From the NCBI GenBank assembly GCA_043739185.1, contig JAYUEN010000094.1:1-56216 (forward strand): a stretch of DNA of 56,216 bases, read 5' to 3'. The notes below the pieces were generated by a model. That model saw only the letters and a program-made list of their open reading frames with translations, was not told the origin of the DNA and did no database searches. Positions 27,993 through 38,584 of this stretch are shown in pieces. This DNA is from Bdellovibrionales bacterium. Lineage in GTDB: Bacteria > Bdellovibrionota > Bdellovibrionia > Bdellovibrionales > JAMPXM01. A program made the translations under genes and the position numbers. The stretch's first letter is position 1. Each line of letters starts with the position of its first letter.

Positions 27993-30900
27993 TTGGCGCC
28001 TCTCCAAAAGTTTCAGGAGCATACATGGCTTCTACTCGGGTTGGAGGCAAACTAAATTCACCAGCAGAATTCAGCCGAATTCGATAGGTAGTCAAATAGC
28101 TCCCTCTTGGTAAATAAGCTGCATAAGAAATAAAATGGGCTTGAGACTTTTCTTCAAATTCACTGGGCCAATGCTCAATACTTCCCTCTACTTTGGTTTT
28201 TTTGGGGGTGTGATCTAAGATGGCTGAATTTCCTTCCAAGCCATTACCCAAATGGCTCGCGCCAGCCGGAATCGGATCACGAACCACGACCCATGCTTGA
28301 TCCGCCTGGGCAGTCACATTCAATTCAATATTTGCGACATCTCCTACGCTCCACTTGCCAGGAACTTTTTGCACAACTGGAGTTACTTTTCTCAGCACTT
28401 TGTAGCCAAACTCCATTGGAGCCAATAATGGAATTGCAGAAATAGTTTGTATCAATGCCCAGGGTTTTCCTAGTCCGATATGAGTCAAATTAACATTGAC
28501 CGCTGATTTGAAGGAGGCTTCCGGCCAGGAAAGCTCTTTCATTTCACCAGAGGGAGTCTTGCTCCACTCAATACTTGCAATCGATTTACCACTTGCAATA
28601 TTGGTAATACCCGAAACTTTTTCTTTTTCAAACTTCGCGCTAAATTTTCGCAGACTCGTAACGCCCCAGGCGTTTGCAAGAGTCGTATCCCAAATGCCGT
28701 GGTTGAGTCTTGCAACCACTCCTCTTGCCATCTTACCTGCATCCTCGGTCCACGAGGCTTCTTCAATGGCGAGTCCAAATACGCCCATGGCCTCTTGATC
28801 GCGTGATGAAAATAGTCGCCAACGGGCTTCCCAATCTAAATCACCCTGCAAATTCATAAGTGTCGCCTGATAATTCACTCGCGAATGCAAAATATTTTCA
28901 GCTTGTTTTAAATAGGCCTCACGACCTTCAATCGAGGCTTCGCGCTTTAATAGTTGAAACCATGCTACTAAGGTTTCAGTCTTCCAAAGATTGGGAGTGA
29001 TTTGAACGCTCGCCAAATCAGAAACTTTGAATTTTTGCAATTCCGAAAGCGCGTCAAGCAACAATATGCGCTCTTGATCTTGATAAATATTACGAACCAA
29101 CCCATCCCACCAAGTTTTGCAGGCGTAATTTCCGTTCAGATAGCTTTGCATTCCGGCGATCATTCGACTCTTGGTGGCTTCAGGAATTATATAAGAATTG
29201 GCTTTGAGAATTTTACTAATATAGCGAGTGAGTTGAGCCGACCCACACATCGAATTCGTAAAGAATTTTAAAAGGCCTTCAGAATCCAAATAAGAGGGTA
29301 AACTTTGAATCAAAGCTTCCGTCATTTTTTTATTTTCAAGTGAGATAGCTTGCGATATTTTTTGCTCCAAACAAGCATAGGGATAATCTTCCATATAGGA
29401 CTTCACCCCAGCTAGTCCTGCGAGCAATGTATCTCTGGCATCGATATGCAAGCCGCCCACATTTGGCAGAGCATCTTTTGGCTGCTGCACTGAAACATTA
29501 GCAGACTTATCAATTTGCAAAAGTGTCGCTTGCATTACCCGTGGCGGCACTGCTGCTTGCGCCTTGATTTTGATTTTCAAGCTATCGTGTGCAGCACTTA
29601 ATTTATCGTTAGCTGAGAATTGAAATTCTAGTTCCTTTTTCTCTTTAGGAACCTGCACATTGAGCTCAAGTGTTTTAGCTTCACTCGCCGCTAACTTCAC
29701 AAGTCCTGGCTCAGGTAGCGAACCAATATCTGGACTCTTGATCTTAATCGTAACTTCCATGGGAAGAGCTGTGGTATTTCGCAGGGTAAAACTATTGTGT
29801 ACAAAGTCACCGTCGCGAACCAGCGGCGCAAATCCTGAATAAATAATTAAATCTTTGGTAGATGCGAGTAAGGTATGACCACTGCCAAATAGTTGAAGTC
29901 CTGCAAGGGCCACCGCTTCAATGTGAAAACTCGTAATAGAATCATTTAAAGGAATTTTTATATCTGCCGAACCATTTTGATCAAGCTTGAGGTGAGGCTC
30001 CCACAACAACATCGCATTGAACAGTTCTCGCGAGTCTCCCGCCATTGCTCCGCCGCCGCCACCAGGGGCCTTGGCCTTTGCGCCAAAATGCCTTTTACCT
30101 ATTACCATATTTTGAGATGAGCTCGTATTGACACCCAGCGAACGTTGCCCCATCATTGCATCTAGAAGATTCCAGCTAGGATTGGCTTTCAACTTCAAAA
30201 GCGCTTCATCAATTGCCGCAACCGCAACCTCGGCACCTTCAGGAAGTTTTACGCCACTTGCGGTTTTAACTTGAATATGAACATTGGCAATTTCACGCGT
30301 TTGATATTTTTGCTTATCGCCTTTGAGGCTGACCTCTAATTCATGTGCTTTCCAGTTAACTTTTAATTCACTCATACCCAATTTCATAGCTGGCTTACCC
30401 AAATCAACCAGGGCGGTGGGTTGTACTTCACCAGCTCGTCCACGAAGTGCCAATACCGATACAAAAACATTCGGCGCATAATTCCCCTTAATAGGGACTT
30501 CAATGAAAGATTGATCACGCTTAATTTCACGAACAAAAGAATCTAAAATTCCTTCACGTTCGATGCTCACCAAAACTGTCGAAGTGGGAAAGGGCGAGCG
30601 CACAACAATTTTTGCAGTTTCCCCGGGTTGATATTTTGCCTTTTCAGGCAGCAAATCGATGCGATCGCTATCGGTTGGCGCCCACCATGATTCTGCGCCA
30701 TTTTCAAAAACGTTAAGAGAAACATTCGCATAAGTCGCATGCGCCTCTTCATCTACAACCTTCGCTTGCAAAATAACTTCACCGGCCGGCATTTTTTTTG
30801 CTTCGCAAACAAAGCGGCCTAAAGAATCACTCTTTCCTTCGCATACCTTGCCAAGCGAAATGGTTTCAATTTTTGAGTCGTAAGAATAAAATCCACCGAT

Positions 30901-33819
30901 TAACTTCTTTCGATGGGTAATAAAATTAGTTTTAAATGCCTCAACGACATAGGCTTTATCTGAAATTAATTTGCCAGAGGTATTGGTGATCACACCTGCC
31001 GCTGAAACTTTGCCCGGTTTTGCAATCCAACTATCAGAACCCAAGCCAACAATATACTGCGAGGGAAATAATTCTTTTTCCGCAACAGCAGTTTTCACTT
31101 CACCATTGGGATCATGGTATTCCATTTCAATATTTAATTTTTCAATTCTCTTAATGCTTGGCAAGTGATCTATTAGTGCGAGAGCTCCACCATCGCTCTT
31201 TAATTTCAATTCTTGAACTTTGAGGCTCTTGTGCTCCTCTTGTTCTTTGGGCCCGTCACTATCTACAATGCCGGTCACGATTGGTTCGGAGAAGAAAGCA
31301 AAGTGAGTTCCTCCCGGCAAATCGGGAGAGAAATAACTTGGGACAATTTCAGCTCGCAGTTTGACATCCAGTCCTGATGCAGGCCCGCCTGAGAGATACT
31401 GTGCTGAGAGATCGACTTTGACTTCTTTGGGTCGAACCAATTTTTCACCTTGAATTTTGATATTGGCCTGCATCAGTGGCAGTCGGTATTCACCCACGGT
31501 GAAGTTACCTGTTGCTTGTGCTGTCCAATCGAACGGATCATTCTCGCGCCCCTCTTTCTTGGGCATTTCGCTTTTGTTTGATAAGTAAATTGAATAGCTA
31601 CCTAAAGGCGCATCTTTCGGAACATTAAAATCATTGAGGGCGGTGCCACTCGCTTCAACAAAATGAAATGGCAAAGTAAAAGTCTTCTGACTACCTTGAT
31701 GAACAATGAGCACTCTCTTCGGAAGCACTTTCGGATTTATCTTACGAAATCCTTCGGAGCTATGCTCACGAAGAATATGTTTCATTTGAATGCTCTCTCC
31801 GGCTTGCAAGAGGCTGCGACTTAAAATACTGTGAATTACAACCGGCCCCCACTGGGGAGCGAGATATTCTCTTCGTAGGTTAAATCGATACTCTTCGATT
31901 CCATGCGACCAACGGTCTGAAACAAATGAAAAATCATCATCTCTTTTGGCAAATGCAAAAACTTCGCAATCTCTGGTTTGCGAATCTTGCCAATTATCTT
32001 CGTCGCCATCCGATTTTCCACTGAGCTTGAATCCGCAGGGATAATGAACCCCGGTTAATTTTAAAACTCCATCTGAATCGGTTTTACCTTGAGCTAGCTT
32101 TTGACCTCCACCAGAATAAATCGCCACTTCCGCAGCTTTTACCGGACGCCCGGTATCAAGAGCCGTTACCCAAACCAAAGATGACTCTCTGCCCTTTTTA
32201 AAATGTACAGATAGATTCGTTACCAAAGCTGCTGAGGCCACATACATGGTCCCACTTCCCAAAAGAAACTGACCAAGTTTTGGACTTTCTAATTCTACAA
32301 TATGAAGTCCTGGTTTCTTTAGCGGAATTCCCATAAGCTCAAACTCACGCTCGCCCAATGGTTTTGGAATTTTAATCTTTTGGCCTTCATTCGCCCCTAA
32401 AAGCGGACGAGAACGTTCATCATAGTTGTCATATTTTTTATTAACCGCATGGTACCAACGAATTACCTCTTTAGGTGAATCCGCCGCACTTAATGACATA
32501 GTCTTGCCATCAACAGAGATTTGGCTACTTGGAATTTCTTTTTCAACATTTCTTAAACTCACCGGCAAAATTGGATCCGCACCTGACTCTAGTAAACCAA
32601 ATGCTCCTGAAAATTTTATCAAGGGCGAATATTCATCGGTTGCAACCTCAAGCGGAAATTTATTCTCATTGACCAAGGGACGCTCAAGTTCATCTTGAAT
32701 ATTCTTTCCCATTTGAATCTTAAATTTAGTCCGTTCCGGAAACGGAGCTTGAAAGGTCAATACATTCACCTCTTCATCAGCAAAGTTTCGAACCACTCGA
32801 AAGTGTGAATGAGTTCTTTTGCCAGAAGAAGCGTGCGCAGCCGAATTCTTATTTTGGTCACCACTTTGAATTTCTAAAGGAAAATAGACTTGTCCACTCT
32901 CTGACACCAATTTTACATCTTTTAACTTTTCAATTTTCACTCGATTGCTAAAGCGTAGCCGCATATCCAAAATCGGATTGCATGGCCTTGTGGGTGCTGT
33001 GCGCTCACATAAAAATTTTACTTCAAATGGAGGCAGCACTTTGAAATCATATTTTTGCGCCTCTTGAACCGCGACGCCAGATTGAGAAAGAATACCCACT
33101 GGCCAGTGCAACTGTACGCGATGATCTTCAGCGAACCGGCGTACACCTCTTAAGATTATAAAATTCTTAAATTCCGCAATTTTCGAAAAATCCTTTTTGC
33201 CCGCGAGTAGTTTGCGATACTGATTCCAGCGCCAACTGTGTTCAACATCGGCTCGGATTAGACTTTCTCTTATTTTTTCATCGCTCACCAATTCGACCGC
33301 CGTCTTGTCAGCCAAAGACTCTGTTTCAAAATACGCCAATTTCTGAACAGACTGAGCATCGATTGCGCCGTCGGTCTCAACAATGAAGTATTGATCTGGC
33401 TCAATGTCTCCGTACTGCGGCGAAATTCCCAAAATAGCAGGCCCTCCTGTCGAAAAACTATAGGATTCATAACCAGTGACAGCTTGTCCTTTCAGATCCT
33501 TTATTTCTGCAAGCGTTAATGTACAATTGACCCCAGCCTTCAGGGGTTCAGAAAAATCAAGAGACCAAGTTTTGCTATCTGCCCAGCGAGTACTAAATTT
33601 GGGCTCTTTGAATTTCCTTTTTGCCCCGGCCTGACAATGCAAAGTCAAAGGATCATTCTTGCTTCTTGGATCCCCAAGTGAAACCATATCTGATGAGAAT
33701 TTGACAAGTACCTGCTGCACTTGTTTCACGGCTCCAGTCGGAAATACACTTAAGATTTCAGCAGCAAAGCTTGAGCTCACCAAACAAAGTAAAAATCCTG
33801 CGACAAAGATTCTAAACAT
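27967..33819 (-). CDS. Bacterial alpha-2-macroglobulin (YfhM family)
   Basis: About 1950 aa; thioester motif YPYACLEQ; DPIPAG; C-terminal PPTRVEAMYAPE; signal peptide from ATG 33819 with AAGGA SD. Confidence 0.95.
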   Translation of the reverse strand: MFRIFVAGFLLCLVSSSFAAEILSVFPTGAVKQVQQVLVKFSSDMVSLGDPRSKNDPLTLHCQAGAKRKFKEPKFSTRWADSKTWSLDFSEPLKAGVNCTLTLAEIKDLKGQAVTGYESYSFSTGGPAILGISPQYGDIEPDQYFIVETDGAIDAQSVQKLAYFETESLADKTAVELVSDEKIRESLIRADVEHSWRWNQYRKLLAGKKDFSKIAEFKNFIILRGVRRFAEDHRVQLHWPVGILSQSGVAVQEAQKYDFKVLPPFEVKFLCERTAPTRPCNPILDMRLRFSNRVKIEKLKDVKLVSESGQVYFPLEIQSGDQNKNSAAHASSGKRTHSHFRVVRNFADEEVNVLTFQAPFPERTKFKIQMGKNIQDELERPLVNENKFPLEVATDEYSPLIKFSGAFGLLESGADPILPVSLRNVEKEIPSSQISVDGKTMSLSAADSPKEVIRWYHAVNKKYDNYDERSRPLLGANEGQKIKIPKPLGEREFELMGIPLKKPGLHIVELESPKLGQFLLGSGTMYVASAALVTNLSVHFKKGRESSLVWVTALDTGRPVKAAEVAIYSGGGQKLAQGKTDSDGVLKLTGVHYPCGFKLSGKSDGDEDNWQDSQTRDCEVFAFAKRDDDFSFVSDRWSHGIEEYRFNLRREYLAPQWGPVVIHSILSRSLLQAGESIQMKHILREHSSEGFRKINPKVLPKRVLIVHQGSQKTFTLPFHFVEASGTALNDFNVPKDAPLGSYSIYLSNKSEMPKKEGRENDPFDWTAQATGNFTVGEYRLPLMQANIKIQGEKLVRPKEVKVDLSAQYLSGGPASGLDVKLRAEIVPSYFSPDLPGGTHFAFFSEPIVTGIVDSDGPKEQEEHKSLKVQELKLKSDGGALALIDHLPSIKRIEKLNIEMEYHDPNGEVKTAVAEKELFPSQYIVGLGSDSWIAKPGKVSAAGVITNTSGKLISDKAYVVEAFKTNFITHRKKLIGGFYSYDSKIETISLGKVCEGKSDSLGRFVCEAKKMPAGEVILQAKVVDEEAHATYANVSLNVFENGAESWWAPTDSDRIDLLPEKAKYQPGETAKIVVRSPFPTSTVLVSIEREGILDSFVREIKRDQSFIEVPIKGNYAPNVFVSVLALRGRAGEVQPTALVDLGKPAMKLGMSELKVNWKAHELEVSLKGDKQKYQTREIANVHIQVKTASGVKLPEGAEVAVAAIDEALLKLKANPSWNLLDAMMGQRSLGVNTSSSQNMVIGKRHFGAKAKAPGGGGGAMAGDSRELFNAMLLWEPHLKLDQNGSADIKIPLNDSITSFHIEAVALAGLQLFGSGHTLLASTKDLIIYSGFAPLVRDGDFVHNSFTLRNTTALPMEVTIKIKSPDIGSLPEPGLVKLAASEAKTLELNVQVPKEKKELEFQFSANDKLSAAHDSLKIKIKAQAAVPPRVMQATLLQIDKSANVSVQQPKDALPNVGGLHIDARDTLLAGLAGVKSYMEDYPYACLEQKISQAISLENKKMTEALIQSLPSYLDSEGLLKFFTNSMCGSAQLTRYISKILKANSYIIPEATKSRMIAGMQSYLNGNYACKTWWDGLVRNIYQDQERILLLDALSELQKFKVSDLASVQITPNLWKTETLVAWFQLLKREASIEGREAYLKQAENILHSRVNYQATLMNLQGDLDWEARWRLFSSRDQEAMGVFGLAIEEASWTEDAGKMARGVVARLNHGIWDTTLANAWGVTSLRKFSAKFEKEKVSGITNIASGKSIASIEWSKTPSGEMKELSWPEASFKSAVNVNLTHIGLGKPWALIQTISAIPLLAPMEFGYKVLRKVTPVVQKVPGKWSVGDVANIELNVTAQADQAWVVVRDPIPAGASHLGNGLEGNSAILDHTPKKTKVEGSIEHWPSEFEEKSQAHFISYAAYLPRGSYLTTYRIRLNSAGEFSLPPTRVEAMYAPETFGEAPNANWSVSP

Positions 33820-33962
33820 AGAGATTCCTTTTGAACTGTTCATTTTGATAGGTAAAATTATCTAATGCTTTTCGAACCAATGACAAGTTCAAAACTAAGC
33901 TTTTTCTTGACGCTCACGTATTGCCCATTGACCAGGTACTTTTCTTCAAATTTAATCAATGA

Positions 33963-34274
33963 ATGTCAAAAATATTTTTTGTATGCGCGCTAATCTTGGG
34001 CTCTCTACTTTCCACCGAGGCCTTTCCTCAGAGTGATACTCCCACTTCCCCCGAAGCTGTTTGCAAACAAAAGGGCGGCAAATGGGAGGGCTCAATTAAT
34101 GGCAGGGGCCGGCTCTCCGGCTGCAATATGCCCACAAGCGATGGCGGAAAAACTTGTTCTCGCGGGGAAGATTGCCAAAGCGTCTGCTTAGAGAACTTGA
34201 AATGCAGCGCCTGGAAGATGTTTAAAGGATGTGGTTTTTTTAAAGGACAGCCTCAACTCATGTGCGTTGAGTGA
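33963..34274 (+). CDS. Small secreted Cys-rich protein
   Basis: Signal peptide; 8 Cys in the roughly 80-aa mature part (CKQKGG.W, PTSDGGKTC...CQSVC). Confidence 0.8.
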   Translation: MSKIFFVCALILGSLLSTEAFPQSDTPTSPEAVCKQKGGKWEGSINGRGRLSGCNMPTSDGGKTCSRGEDCQSVCLENLKCSAWKMFKGCGFFKGQPQLMCVE

Positions 34275-34321
34275 ATTGCAACTTAAAGCGCGCTGCGGCG
34301 CCAAAATGAAGCAGGTACATT

Positions 34322-36367
34322 ATGGTTTTTAGTCTTTTATTTGCGCTGAATCTTTACGCTAAATCTGTCCCCAAAGAAGTACCCAACTCTTCAATCTCCG
34401 AGAGGTACTCAGCGCTTTCAAACGACAATCAAGCCCGAATGCTTTTCACCAGCGGACAAATGGATAAGCTCAAAGCAAGTCTAATGAAAAGCCCAAATTT
34501 TAAAAGTATGGGAAAGCTGCTGACACCATTATTTGATGGCCAGAAGATTCGCAAGAGCATCAAGCTCGATGCGCATCACAATATTGAGTGGCACGACAAC
34601 GGCATTGAAAAAGCTTCGCAAATTGTTTTGGTAGACCAAACGCAGTCCAATCCAAATCAAGAAATTTATTCTAATTTTCAAGAGGGTCTCGGAATTGCAA
34701 ATATCATTATTGATTTTTCGATATCACCAAACGGAAAGTATCTAGATGTCATTTCGTCGGAATATGGATCTATTGATCAAGTCGAATGTTTTATTATCGA
34801 CATCAAGACTCACGAGCCAATTGCAAAACTTCATCTCTTTAGTAATTTGCGCGCTTGGAATTCAGCATCCAGCCTTCTTTATGATAAGCTCAATGAAGAT
34901 GGCTCCGAAACTTTCTCGCAATTTGATTTGACCAAACTAGAGGAAGCCGATTTTGATGGATACATTCTCGGAAACAACAATGATTTAGTTTTACTTGAAA
35001 ATTTTTCTGAAACTACGAATTGGTTCTCGATCCAAAATAAATCCGATTCGTCGGTAGTAAATCTCGATTTCTCTTTGACCGATTCGCCGAAGCTCATTGG
35101 TAGTGATGAGGGCAATGCATACTTGAGCATTTACAATTCGAAAGCTCAGACTTCTGAAGTTTTAAAATTTCCGAGGCGCTCTTCGAAATTTCAGTCCATT
35201 GAAACTCCCGTGGTAATTTTTCAAGAATCTAAATTATTTCTTGAAAAAGCTTGGCTGGATTCAAATAGTATATTTTCTCAAGTGCGCGCCGGACCGGATC
35301 GCTGGTTGCGTGTCAATGCCCTTGACGGGACACAATTGACTCAAGTGTTGATTCCGGATTGCTGCTCACTTTTGTCTGCCAGCTGGATCAAGCCCCAAGC
35401 CACAATGCGCTTGAGTTTTTCAAGTCCACTTTATGCCAATCAAAGTTTCATTTATGATTTGAGTACTCAAAAGTGGGATCAAGATCCAAATGATTCAATG
35501 CTCAATGATCGCGATCTGCATTTGATAAGCGAAGTGATCTATTCAACCAGCAAAGACGGCACGCGAATTCCATCACGCCTCATTCATTTGAAAGAGATCA
35601 ATCTAGACTCAACACATCCAGCGATTATTCAAGCCTATGGGGGATTTAATTTGGCTGGATACATTGATCCGCATTTTGATTCAACTAATTTAGAATTTAT
35701 CAAACGCGGAGGTATTTATGCTGCTCCTGCGATTCGCGGCGGAAATGAGTATGGTCCAAGCTGGCATTCCCAAGCAATACTCACCAATAAAAATAAGAGC
35801 TTTGAGGATATGGCCTCCCTTTCAGACTTTTTAGTTGCGCAAAAATGGACAAAGCCCAGCCTGGTAATTGCTCGCGGCACTTCAAATGGCGGACTCACAG
35901 TCGCAGCCTCAGCCCTTTTGTTCCCTGATAAATTTGGAATGTCGATTCCGATTGCCGGAGTTCTTGATTTATTGGCAAAAGACTCGCTTGACTCTGTCAA
36001 TGATGGCTGGAGCTCTGAATACGGCAGTGTTGAGAATCAAAAGGATTATCTGAAAAGTATCTCACCGGTTGAAAATGCATCTCAATTGGGTGATGTCAGA
36101 TTTTTAATCGTTGACGGCGCCAATGATACGAGAGTGAATCCCGTTCACTCTGTTAAGCTTGCCAAAGCCCTTGAAGACCTTGGTGGTCACGCAGGTCAAG
36201 TTCACTTACTCACCATGCAAAACGCTGGACACTGGTTAGAATCTGTCTCCTATCAGAACTCAATTGGTCTCAAAACTGAGATTGCAATCTGGACTGAAAT
36301 ATATGACTTGGCAGGCTGGACAGGCACTCCGACTCGCTTTGCTCTAGACTTCAAAAAGAAGAATTGA
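34322..36367 (+). CDS. Prolyl oligopeptidase (S9A)
   Basis: SKDGTRIP, YGGFN, IRGGNEYG, nucleophile GTSNGG, NDTRV (Asp), AGH (His). Confidence 0.93.
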   Translation: MVFSLLFALNLYAKSVPKEVPNSSISERYSALSNDNQARMLFTSGQMDKLKASLMKSPNFKSMGKLLTPLFDGQKIRKSIKLDAHHNIEWHDNGIEKASQIVLVDQTQSNPNQEIYSNFQEGLGIANIIIDFSISPNGKYLDVISSEYGSIDQVECFIIDIKTHEPIAKLHLFSNLRAWNSASSLLYDKLNEDGSETFSQFDLTKLEEADFDGYILGNNNDLVLLENFSETTNWFSIQNKSDSSVVNLDFSLTDSPKLIGSDEGNAYLSIYNSKAQTSEVLKFPRRSSKFQSIETPVVIFQESKLFLEKAWLDSNSIFSQVRAGPDRWLRVNALDGTQLTQVLIPDCCSLLSASWIKPQATMRLSFSSPLYANQSFIYDLSTQKWDQDPNDSMLNDRDLHLISEVIYSTSKDGTRIPSRLIHLKEINLDSTHPAIIQAYGGFNLAGYIDPHFDSTNLEFIKRGGIYAAPAIRGGNEYGPSWHSQAILTNKNKSFEDMASLSDFLVAQKWTKPSLVIARGTSNGGLTVAASALLFPDKFGMSIPIAGVLDLLAKDSLDSVNDGWSSEYGSVENQKDYLKSISPVENASQLGDVRFLIVDGANDTRVNPVHSVKLAKALEDLGGHAGQVHLLTMQNAGHWLESVSYQNSIGLKTEIAIWTEIYDLAGWTGTPTRFALDFKKKN

Positions 36368-38168
36368 GATTCCAATCGGAAATGGCCTCGGCACTTTGTA
36401 AGAATAGCCCAACAACTGTCTCCCTAGAGCCTATGGTCGCAAGATTATTAGTCCAGCTCGCGAGGCCACCCGAATCCGGATCGCGATTTAAGATCCTTTG
36501 ATACATGAAAACCGCAAAGTCACTATTGCTCATTGCTGAAATATTATAATCATTATTGGCCTCTGCCGAAAAAATAAAGCTCGATAAAACTTGAGATCTG
36601 GTGAGGCTTCCCGAGCTCAAAAGAAAAACCCAGCCATTGAAGCCAGCTTCTTCCGGCGCTCTTCCTAAAATTTGACAATAGCTTAAGCGAACAAAATCTT
36701 GGGCTGAAATCGGAGGACTAACTAAGGCGCCGCAAGTCAGATTTGTTGCAGTTGGCATTGGCACTGGCGTCGGCACTGGCGTCGGGATTGGAGTCGGTGT
36801 AGGCGGTGCAGGTGGTGTTGTAGGCGTTGGTATTGGGGTTGGCGCCGGACTTGCCACTGGCGCAATATTTTGAACTGAGTCTTGAGTCCACCAATTCATA
36901 ATGGCACCAGTAAAATTCACTAAACTAAAATCAGCGGCATTTGCGCCCTGAACAAACTGAACTTTTGCTAAAGATGAACTTGATATTCCCAATTTTAAAC
37001 CTGTTCTCATTCCACTACTTGATAAAAAATTATACGGACTGCTAGATACATTATTTGGTCCGATTAAAACCGGCTTTGCTGAATCGGTCGCATCATTTAT
37101 TAGGAGACCAACTTGCGCTCCTTGAATCGTATTATTCAAATAGAGTCCGCCCATTGCCGAAGCTTGATACCAAGGCAAAGAACCAATCAGCAAGCCATAT
37201 CCGCAGCGAAAATTGCCACAATCTATGAAATTGTCTTGAATGACTGAGCCTGAATAATCGCCTGAGCCTCCAGGCCAAGCTTGAAACATCATTGCCGCAT
37301 ATGATGAGCTAGCAAATTCCGCAGAATGAATAACTCTGTTCTGAGAAATATTACAATTCAGACATGCACCAAAAATCAAGTCGACATCTGTGTTATCTAT
37401 AAAAACATCATTTAAAATATTTGCGTTTGAGGTATTCAAGATTGTCATTCCGTCCGACCAAAGATTGCTAATATTGTGAATCCCATTATTTACAAAATAA
37501 CTATTAATGACATTTAAGTCTGAGCCAATAATTTCCGCGCCCGAACCACAAAGTGCATTCACTGAAGACATTCCAATTAAGGCGAGCGAATTCGAATCCG
37601 CATGAAGGTTCATGCCAAGGGCATTATTTCCACTCGAGCAAGCAGCGGCTTCGGGACTTGCCATTCTTTGATTTTTGTTTCCATCAATGACAATATGATC
37701 AAGTTCGACTTGATCACTTAAAATCTTCACGAAAGCTCTCGAGATTCCCGCCACCGAAGGACCGGCCATCAAAACAGCACAGCGATTATCAGAATTCAAA
37801 CCGCAGGGTGAAGAATTTTCATCTAAACCGCGAGTCACAATTCGAATTGGTTTATTGATTTGTAGCGCTTCATAAATTGGATGAATTCCGGGCGCCAATT
37901 CAACTATTCCATAAACATCGGCAGCATCAAAACAAGCTTGAAGTAACTGTGCTATGTTGCTTGGACTTGATCCTGCGAGATCATCGCAGAAAAGAGTACG
38001 GCCAACATAAATTCCACTTGCCACCGTATTGGTTACTTTTGGAGGAGATATAGCCAAGACATTTGAGTTAACCGAATAGCCTCCACAATTGATAAAGCTT
38101 AAATTTACCAATGTGAGTAAGGTAAGCTGCACTATTTTTTTAAAATACTTTTTCAAAATTAGCTTCAT
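36351..38168 (-). CDS. Lipoprotein: right-handed beta-helix + Pro/Thr linker + DUF4214 repeats
   Basis: SFINCGG signal end; parallel beta-helix-like repeats; PTP linker; FV..Y..ILGR.P..G..W and YQRILNRDPD.GG..W..F..SAE. Confidence 0.87.
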   Translation of the reverse strand: MKLILKKYFKKIVQLTLLTLVNLSFINCGGYSVNSNVLAISPPKVTNTVASGIYVGRTLFCDDLAGSSPSNIAQLLQACFDAADVYGIVELAPGIHPIYEALQINKPIRIVTRGLDENSSPCGLNSDNRCAVLMAGPSVAGISRAFVKILSDQVELDHIVIDGNKNQRMASPEAAACSSGNNALGMNLHADSNSLALIGMSSVNALCGSGAEIIGSDLNVINSYFVNNGIHNISNLWSDGMTILNTSNANILNDVFIDNTDVDLIFGACLNCNISQNRVIHSAEFASSSYAAMMFQAWPGGSGDYSGSVIQDNFIDCGNFRCGYGLLIGSLPWYQASAMGGLYLNNTIQGAQVGLLINDATDSAKPVLIGPNNVSSSPYNFLSSSGMRTGLKLGISSSSLAKVQFVQGANAADFSLVNFTGAIMNWWTQDSVQNIAPVASPAPTPIPTPTTPPAPPTPTPIPTPVPTPVPMPTATNLTCGALVSPPISAQDFVRLSYCQILGRAPEEAGFNGWVFLLSSGSLTRSQVLSSFIFSAEANNDYNISAMSNSDFAVFMYQRILNRDPDSGGLASWTNNLATIGSRETVVGLFLQSAEAISDWNLNSSF

Positions 38169-38196
38169 AAAACTCTACCTCGAATAAGCTTTACTC

Positions 38197-38212
38197 AGCA
38201 AAGAGCACACCA
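38197..38212 (-). promoter_or_regulatory. sigma54 -24/-12 promoter (variant)
   Basis: Minus strand TGGTGTGCTCTTTGCT, 29 bp upstream of ATG 38168. Confidence 0.55.
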
Positions 38213-38518
38213 GTCTCATTATGAGAAAAGCATCTGAAAGCCCTTTAGATTATCAATCGACGTATCAAAACGAGATTTCGCGTTCAGGTACTGTCTTAAG
38301 TATTATCAGTTTCTGTCAATTTCAGCAGATTAAATGCGGTGCCTTCATTTTGTTGGTGTCGTTTTAATTCTTAGAAAACAAAGCAGTTTTAACGGCAGCC
38401 GCGACTGTCAACCGCTTGCCAGCTTCGGTGATCAGCCGTCAGTGCGTCAGTCGAATCTGGTTTTGGATCAGCTGCAGTTGCCCGAATTCGGAAGGCCTGA
38501 CTCTGAAGCTACCGCAGT

Positions 38519-38534
38519 TGGCAGACCGCTTGCA
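38519..38534 (+). promoter_or_regulatory. sigma54 -24/-12 promoter
   Basis: TGGCAGACCGCTTGCA, about 50 bp upstream of ATG 38585. Confidence 0.7.
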
Positions 38535-38584
38535 TTCATCATTTGCGTCCATCGTATTTACTTTCAAATTGAAAGGGATGCACA

